A DNA stretch of 32,000 nt from Dickeya dadantii NCPPB 898 (GTDB lineage: Bacteria; Pseudomonadota; Gammaproteobacteria; Enterobacterales; Enterobacteriaceae). The notes beneath the pieces were generated by a model. That model saw only the letters and a list, made by a program, of their open reading frames with translations. It had not been told where the DNA came from and did no database searches. Position 1 is the first letter of the stretch. Every line of letters begins with the position of its first letter. The position numbers and the translations under genes were made by a program. Location: the NCBI RefSeq assembly GCF_000406145.1, contig NZ_CM001976.1, forward strand, positions 267,497-299,496, in the 5' to 3' direction. This document shows, piece by piece, positions 26,658-32,000 of this stretch.

Positions 26658-27794
26658 ATGAAGCCGATTTTTAGCCGGGGCCCCTCCCTGCAACTGCGCC
26701 TTTTTCTTGCAGTCATTATCGCAATTGTCATTATCTTTGCTGACAGTCGGCTCGGTACGTTTGTCAAAATCAGAACGTACATGGATACCGCCGTCAGCCC
26801 GTTCTATTTTCTGGCGAATGGCCCGCGCGCCATGCTGGATAACCTATCCGCCAATCTGACCTCTCGTGAGCAACTGGAGCGGGAAAACACCGCCCTGCGT
26901 CAGGAGCTGCTGCTGAAAAACAGCGATCTGCTGCTGCTGGGGCAGTTTCGTCAGGAGAACGCCCGTCTGCGTGAACTGCTGGGGTCCCCGTTGCGTCAGG
27001 AAGAGCAGAAGATGGTCACGCAGGTACTGTCCTCCGGCTCCGATCCCTACAGCGATCAGGTGGTGATCGACAAAGGCAACGTCAACGGCGTGTATGAAGG
27101 GCAGCCGGTCATCAGCGATAAAGGCGTGGTCGGTCAGGTTGTCGCGGTGGGGCAGTTTACCAGTCGCGTGCTGTTGATTTGCGATGCGTCTCATGCGCTG
27201 CCGATTCAGGTGTTGCGCAACGATATCCGCGTTATCGCCGCCGGCAACGGCTGCACCGAAGATTTACAGCTGGAACATTTGCCCAATAATACCGATATTC
27301 GGGTCGGCGATGTGCTGGTTACTTCCGGTCTGGGCGGCCGCTTCCCGGAAGGGTATCCGGTGGCGGTGGTGTCGTCCGTGAAAGTGGACACCCAGCGCGC
27401 TTACACCGTTATTCAGGCGCGTCCCACCGCCGAACTGCAACGCCTGCGTTATCTGTTGCTGATGTGGGGCGTGGACAGCAATTCCCGCACCGCGCTGCCG
27501 CCGGACGACGTACATCGGGTGGCGAACGAGCGCCTGATGCAGATGATGCCGCACGTGCTGCCGTCGCCGGAGGAAATGGGGCCGCCTGCGCCGGCTAACA
27601 CACAGGCGACTGATTTTGTCGGCCCGCCCGCGCCACCGGCCAAAACGACGCCGGTCAAAACCAATAGCGCCGCGCCGTCCAAACCGGCGAACGCGACGTC
27701 GCCCCGAAATGCCACGACGCCTGCCGCCAATCCGGCTGCGCCGTCGCAGCAGAGGACGACGCCCGCGCCCGGAGCGTCGGGAGGTAGCCGATGA
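26658..27794 (+). CDS. mreC: Rod shape-determining protein MreC
   Basis: 378 aa, [35 protein letters not shown]..., collinear with E. coli MreC. It has a longer Pro/Ala/Thr-rich C-terminal tail. Confidence 0.96.
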   Translation: MKPIFSRGPSLQLRLFLAVIIAIVIIFADSRLGTFVKIRTYMDTAVSPFYFLANGPRAMLDNLSANLTSREQLERENTALRQELLLKNSDLLLLGQFRQENARLRELLGSPLRQEEQKMVTQVLSSGSDPYSDQVVIDKGNVNGVYEGQPVISDKGVVGQVVAVGQFTSRVLLICDASHALPIQVLRNDIRVIAAGNGCTEDLQLEHLPNNTDIRVGDVLVTSGLGGRFPEGYPVAVVSSVKVDTQRAYTVIQARPTAELQRLRYLLLMWGVDSNSRTALPPDDVHRVANERLMQMMPHVLPSPEEMGPPAPANTQATDFVGPPAPPAKTTPVKTNSAAPSKPANATSPRNATTPAANPAAPSQQRTTPAPGASGGSR

Positions 27795-28279
27795 ATAGCT
27801 ATCGCCGACACGGGCACTGGATCATCTGGCTCTCCTTTCTGGTGGCAATGGTATTGCAGATCATGCCCTGGCCGGATGACCTCTACATGTATCGCCCGTC
27901 CTGGCTGACGTTGATCCTGATTTATTGGGTGATGGCGTTGCCGCACCGGGTCAATGTCGGCACCGGGTTTGTGCTGGGGATGATTACCGATCTGATCCTC
28001 GGTTCCACGCTGGGAGTCCGAGCGCTGGGGCTGAGCATCATCGCCTATCTGGTGGCGTTCAAATTCCAGCTGTTCCGCAATATGGCGCTGTGGCAGCAGG
28101 CGCTGATCGTCATGCTGCTGTCGCTGGTGCTGGATTTGCTGGTGTTCTGGGCAGAGTTCCTGGTGATCAATGTCTCTTTACGGCCGGAAATTTTCTGGAA
28201 TAGTGTCGTCGACGGCGTGCTGTGGCCGTGGCTGTTCCTGCTGATGCGCAAGATTCGCCGCCAGTTTGCCGTTCAATAA
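27791..28279 (+). CDS. mreD: Rod shape-determining protein MreD
   Basis: 162 aa, polytopic, ...[17 protein letters not shown]...[15 protein letters not shown]..., collinear with E. coli MreD. ATGA overlap with the mreC stop. Confidence 0.96.
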   Translation: MNSYRRHGHWIIWLSFLVAMVLQIMPWPDDLYMYRPSWLTLILIYWVMALPHRVNVGTGFVLGMITDLILGSTLGVRALGLSIIAYLVAFKFQLFRNMALWQQALIVMLLSLVLDLLVFWAEFLVINVSLRPEIFWNSVVDGVLWPWLFLLMRKIRRQFAVQ

Positions 28280-28303
28280 CAAGAAAATGATAAGAGGAAA
28301 GAG

Positions 28304-28897
28304 ATGACCGATCTGTACCTGGCGTCCGCGTCGCCTCGTCGCCGCGAACTGCTGACGTTGCTGGAGTTGTCGTTCGATATTTTGAAGATCGATGTCGCCG
28401 AGCAGCGCCAGCCGGATGAAACGCCGGAACAGTATGTCAGCCGTCTGGCGCGCGACAAAGCCGCCGCCGGCGTGGCGGTCGCGCCGGAGGATTTGCCGGT
28501 GCTGGGCGCCGACACCATTGTGGTGCTGAACGGTCAGGTGCTGGAAAAACCCCGCGATGAAGACGATGCCGCTCGTATCCTGCGCGCGCTGTCCGGTCAG
28601 CGTCATCAGGTGATGACCGCGCTGGCGCTGGCGGACCGCCGTGAGAGCGTGTCGGCGCGGGTCGTGACCGAGGTACAATTCCGCACGCTCTCCGACGATG
28701 AAATTACACGCTATATCGCCAGCGGCGAGCCGATGGATAAAGCCGGCGCTTATGGCATCCAGGGAAAGGGCGGATGTTTCGTTAAATCGATTTTCGGGAG
28801 CTATCACGCCGTGGTAGGGTTGCCATTGGTGGAAACTCTTGAATTGTTCACACATTTTTCTGCACGGCGTAAAGCACGAGGAACCCATGACCGCTGA
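28304..28897 (+). CDS. yhdE: Maf-family nucleoside triphosphate pyrophosphatase (dTTP/UTP-specific YhdE type)
   Basis: 197 aa with Maf motifs [27 protein letters not shown]. Conserved position between mreD and rng. Confidence 0.93.
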   Translation: MTDLYLASASPRRRELLTLLELSFDILKIDVAEQRQPDETPEQYVSRLARDKAAAGVAVAPEDLPVLGADTIVVLNGQVLEKPRDEDDAARILRALSGQRHQVMTALALADRRESVSARVVTEVQFRTLSDDEITRYIASGEPMDKAGAYGIQGKGGCFVKSIFGSYHAVVGLPLVETLELFTHFSARRKARGTHDR

Positions 28898-30356
28898 GTT
28901 GCTGGTAAATATTACCCCTTCAGAGACGCGCGTCGCTTATATTGACGGCGGTATTTTGCAGGAAATCCATATCGAGCGGGAAGCCCGGCGTGGAATTGTC
29001 GGCAATATCTACAAAGGCCGGGTTAGCCGTGTGTTGCCGGGCATGCAGGCGGCATTCGTCGATATCGGGTTGGATAAGGCGGCGTTTCTGCACGCTTCCG
29101 ATATCATGCCGCATACTGAATGCGTGGCCGGCGACGAGCAGAAAAATTTCCATGTGCGCGACATCGCCGAACTGGTGCGTCAGGGGCAGGACCTGATGGT
29201 CCAGGTGGTGAAAGACCCGCTCGGCACCAAGGGCGCGCGCCTGACCACCGATATCACGCTGCCGTCGCGCTATCTGGTGTTTATGCCGGGTGCGTCGCAC
29301 GTCGGGGTATCCCAGCGTATTGAAAGCGAAGCCGAGCGCGAGCGCCTGAAAAAGACGGTGGCCGATTACTGCGACGAGCAGGGCGGTTTTATTATCCGCA
29401 CCGCCGCCGAAGGCGTGGGCGAAGAAGAACTGTCGCAAGATGCCGCCTTTCTCAAGCGTTTGTGGACCAAGGTCATGGAGCGCAAAAAGCGCAACCAGAC
29501 CAAATGCAAACTGTATGGCGAACTGGCGCTGGCCCATCGCATTCTGCGTGATTTCGCCGGCGCGTCGCTGGATCGCATCCGTGTCGATTCGAAACTGACC
29601 TACGACTCCTTGCTGGAGTTCACCGCCGAATATATTCCGGAAATGACCAGCAAGCTGGAGCATTACAGCGGCAAACAGCCGATTTTCGACCTGTACGACG
29701 TGGAAAACGAGATTCAGCGGGCGCTGGATCGTAAGGTAGAACTGAAATCCGGCGGCTATCTGATAATCGACCAGACGGAAGCGATGACCACCATCGATAT
29801 CAACACCGGCGCGTTTGTCGGTCACCGCAATCTGGACGAAACCATTTTCAATACCAATATTGAAGCGACGCAGGCGATTGCCCGTCAGCTGCGGCTGCGC
29901 AATCTGGGCGGGATCATCATCATCGATTTCATCGATATGGGGAATGAGGAGCATCGCCGTCGCGTGCTGCATTCGCTGGAGCAGGCGTTAAGCAAGGATC
30001 GGGTCAAAACCGGCATCAGCGGCTTCTCGCAATTAGGGCTGGTGGAGATGACGCGCAAGCGCACCCGTGAGAGCATAGAACATGTGTTGTGCAGCGAGTG
30101 TCCTACCTGTCACGGCCGCGGGTCGGTAAAAACCGTGGAAACCGTATGCTATGAAATCATGCGCGAAATCGTGCGTGTGCACCATGCCTATGACTCCGAC
30201 CGCTTCCTGGTTTACGCTTCACCGGCGGTGGGCGACGCATTGAAAAGCGACGAGTCGCATGCGCTGGCGGAAGTGGAGATTTTCGTCGGCAAGCAGGTCA
30301 AGGTGCAGATCGAACCCCTGTACAGCCAGGAACAGTTTGATGTGGTCATGATGTAA
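28887..30356 (+). CDS. rng: Ribonuclease G
   Basis: 489 aa from the ATG at 28887 ([32 protein letters not shown]...), preceded by GAGGAA. Same length as E. coli RNase G and near-identical to it. Overlaps the yhdE 3' end by 11 nt. Confidence 0.97.
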   Translation: MTAELLVNITPSETRVAYIDGGILQEIHIEREARRGIVGNIYKGRVSRVLPGMQAAFVDIGLDKAAFLHASDIMPHTECVAGDEQKNFHVRDIAELVRQGQDLMVQVVKDPLGTKGARLTTDITLPSRYLVFMPGASHVGVSQRIESEAERERLKKTVADYCDEQGGFIIRTAAEGVGEEELSQDAAFLKRLWTKVMERKKRNQTKCKLYGELALAHRILRDFAGASLDRIRVDSKLTYDSLLEFTAEYIPEMTSKLEHYSGKQPIFDLYDVENEIQRALDRKVELKSGGYLIIDQTEAMTTIDINTGAFVGHRNLDETIFNTNIEATQAIARQLRLRNLGGIIIIDFIDMGNEEHRRRVLHSLEQALSKDRVKTGISGFSQLGLVEMTRKRTRESIEHVLCSECPTCHGRGSVKTVETVCYEIMREIVRVHHAYDSDRFLVYASPAVGDALKSDESHALAEVEIFVGKQVKVQIEPLYSQEQFDVVMM

Positions 30357-30365
30357 GGTCATGCC

Positions 30366-30400
30366 GCCCGCCGCCGCAACCGGCAGGCGGGCTTTTCTCT
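30366..30400 (+). terminator. Possible intrinsic terminator/attenuator after rng
   Basis: GCCCGCC (30366-30372) / GGCGGGC (30386-30392), extendable with a bulge, followed by TTTTCTCTGTTT. Confidence 0.45.
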
Positions 30401-30448
30401 GTTTAAGGTTTTCGCTCGTCGCCGGTGACGAACAACGAGGAGACATGT

Positions 30449-32000
30449 GTGAGGCGACTGCCCGGCATAAAGCGATTGCCCGGAATAGCAGCAGCGACGG
30501 GCGCCATTCTGATTGTTCTGGCCGCGCTGCTGGTCAGCGGCCTGAGAATGGTGCTGCCAACGCTGGATACTTTCCGGCCACAGGTCGTGGCCTGGGCGCA
30601 GTCCGTCACCGGCTTGCCGATGGAGGTGGAAAGCCTCAGCGGCAGTTGGGAAACCTTTGGCCCCACGCTGGATATCACCAACCTGCGTATTCATCATCCG
30701 GACGCCGAGTGGCAGTCGGAGCGTATTTCGGTGGCGCTGGATGTCTGGCAGTCGCTGCTGCATCTGAAGTGGAAGTTCCGCGATCTCACGTTTTATCACC
30801 TGCAAGTAGACATCAAAACCCCGATCGACCCCGATCGACAGCGTTCCCGTACCTGGGAGCCGGATCAACTCGGTTCGCTGTTCCTGCGGCAGTTCGATCA
30901 TTTCGATCTGCGCAATAGCCGCATCCGTTTTCTGACCCCGGCGGGTACCCAGGCCGAGTTACAGATTCCCCAACTGACCTGGCTGAACGGCAAAAACCGC
31001 CACCGGGCGGAAGGGCAGATTAGCCTGTCGAGCTTCAATGGTCAGCACGGCGTGGTGCAGCTGCGCATGGATTTGCGTGATGAGCAGGGCTGGCTGAATA
31101 ACGGCGTGGTTTATTTACAGGCCGACAACATCGACATGAAACCGTGGCTGGGCCGCTGGATTCGCAACAACACCGGGCTGGAGAGCGCCAATTTCAGCCT
31201 CGCCGCCTGGTTACAGGTGCGGGAAGGCGATATGTACGGCGGCGATCTGTTGCTCAGTCAGGGCGACGCCAGCTGGCGCGACGGCGACACGCTGCACCGG
31301 CTGGGGATTAACGGCATGACGCTGCACGCCAGCCGCTACCAGAACGGCTGGCAACTGGATGTGCCGGCGCTGAACCTGTCCACCGATGGCGTCGACTGGC
31401 CGAAAGGGCAGTTGTCCGCGCTGTGGCTGCCGGCGGACACCCAGTTGCTGGGGCCGGACCGTTTGGCCGAGTTACGCATTCGCGGTCGTCATCTGGCGCT
31501 GGAACGCCTGGGGCCGTTGCTGCCGTTGCTAAGTACCGCCACGCCGGAACTGAAAACCCGCTGGCAGGCACTGCAGCCGCAAGGCCAACTGACCGCGCTG
31601 GCGCTGGATATCCCCTTGCAGCAGCCGGAGCAGACCCGCTTTCAGGCGAGCTGGCAGGATGTCGGCTGGAAAAACTGGCAATTGCTGCCGGGTGCCAACC
31701 ATGTTTCCGGCGAGGCGGCCGGCAGCCTGGCGCGCGGGCGGGTGCGGGTGAATCTGGCGCAGAGTACGTTGCCGTATCAGGATATGTTCCGTGCGCCGCT
31801 GGATATCCGGCAGGCGGACGCCACGCTGGACTGGCGTAGCGACTCTCAGGGTTGGGAACTGTGGGGACAAGGGTTGGACGTGCGCTCCCGTTCGCTGTGG
31901 GCCAACGGCGATTTCCGCTATCGTCATCCCGCTCAAGGTGAGCCCCGGCTGGATATTCTGGCCGGGATTCGACTTGGCGATGCCGCCGATGCCTGGCGTT
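30449..32000 (+). CDS. yhdP: AsmA-family inner-membrane protein YhdP, 5' part (runs off the window end)
   Basis: Not in the ORF track because the frame is open to the window end. Reading from the GTG at 30449 (GAGGAG at 30437-30442) gives V/MRRLPGIKRLPGIAAATGAILIVLAALLVSGLRMVLPTLDTFRPQ...SGSWETFGPTLDI...VALDVWQSLLHLKWKFRDLTF...LFLRQFDHFDL...IPQLTWLN..., collinear with the E. coli YhdP N-terminus. Confidence 0.88.
   Translation, partial: MRRLPGIKRLPGIAAATGAILIVLAALLVSGLRMVLPTLDTFRPQVVAWAQSVTGLPMEVESLSGSWETFGPTLDITNLRIHHPDAEWQSERISVALDVWQSLLHLKWKFRDLTFYHLQVDIKTPIDPDRQRSRTWEPDQLGSLFLRQFDHFDLRNSRIRFLTPAGTQAELQIPQLTWLNGKNRHRAEGQISLSSFNGQHGVVQLRMDLRDEQGWLNNGVVYLQADNIDMKPWLGRWIRNNTGLESANFSLAAWLQVREGDMYGGDLLLSQGDASWRDGDTLHRLGINGMTLHASRYQNGWQLDVPALNLSTDGVDWPKGQLSALWLPADTQLLGPDRLAELRIRGRHLALERLGPLLPLLSTATPELKTRWQALQPQGQLTALALDIPLQQPEQTRFQASWQDVGWKNWQLLPGANHVSGEAAGSLARGRVRVNLAQSTLPYQDMFRAPLDIRQADATLDWRSDSQGWELWGQGLDVRSRSLWANGDFRYRHPAQGEPRLDILAGIRLGDAADAWR

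Noticed and set aside
28920-29972. 350-aa - strand ORF
   Set aside because: It is antisense to rng. Same reasoning as the other mirror-frame ORFs.
30038-30045. Chi site GCTGGTGG (also reverse-complement copies near 3020, 8976 and 16858)
   Set aside because: A few octamer occurrences in 32 kb of GC-rich enterobacterial DNA are expected. No clustering or orientation pattern is worth reporting.
30361-30918. 185-aa + strand ORF starting after rng
   Set aside because: It is the wrong frame. The adjacent frame from the GTG at 30449 reproduces the YhdP N-terminus and stays open to the window end.

Overview
This 32 kb window is mostly conserved Enterobacterales chromosomal core. I inferred gene order and protein identities from memory of E. 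coli K-12, with no database search. The order matches the K-12 region yhdWXYZ ... fis-dusB, prmA-panF-yhdT, accCB, acuI(yhdH), csrD, mreBCD, yhdE(maf), rng, yhdP. It differs from K-12 in three ways. (1) A type II dehydroquinase gene, aroQ, sits upstream of accB. (2) msrPQ lies between aroQ and acuI. (3) An accessory block of about 8 kb (4994-13130) lies between the yhdW promoter and fis, where K-12 has yhdJ-yhdU-acrSEF-yhdV. That block carries: a stand-alone CTP-synthase-type glutamine amidotransferase homologue whose triad His position reads Gln; a binding-protein plus permease ABC pair with no ATPase gene; an EEP-family nuclease/phosphatase; a 645-bp non-coding stretch with the structure of a 423-bp MITE-like insertion in a terminator hairpin; an SDR; and a LysR regulator divergent from a cupin / SDR-remnant / YahK-like alcohol dehydrogenase unit. 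The taxon is probably a Pectobacteriaceae/Yersiniaceae-like enterobacterium, judged only from synteny and apparent GC richness. I found no rRNA, tRNA, CRISPR array, integrase, transposase, or convincing multi-gene defence or novel system. The most interesting items are small-scale: the MITE-like element, the His-to-Gln amidotransferase beside an ATPase-less importer, a sigma-54/NtrC architecture upstream of yhdW, and two pairs of direct repeats upstream of msrP. yhdP (30449 to the window end) is absent from the supplied ORF track because it has no stop codon in the window; I called it by reading the frame. All coordinates, repeats and hairpins were derived by eye and should be re-verified computationally.
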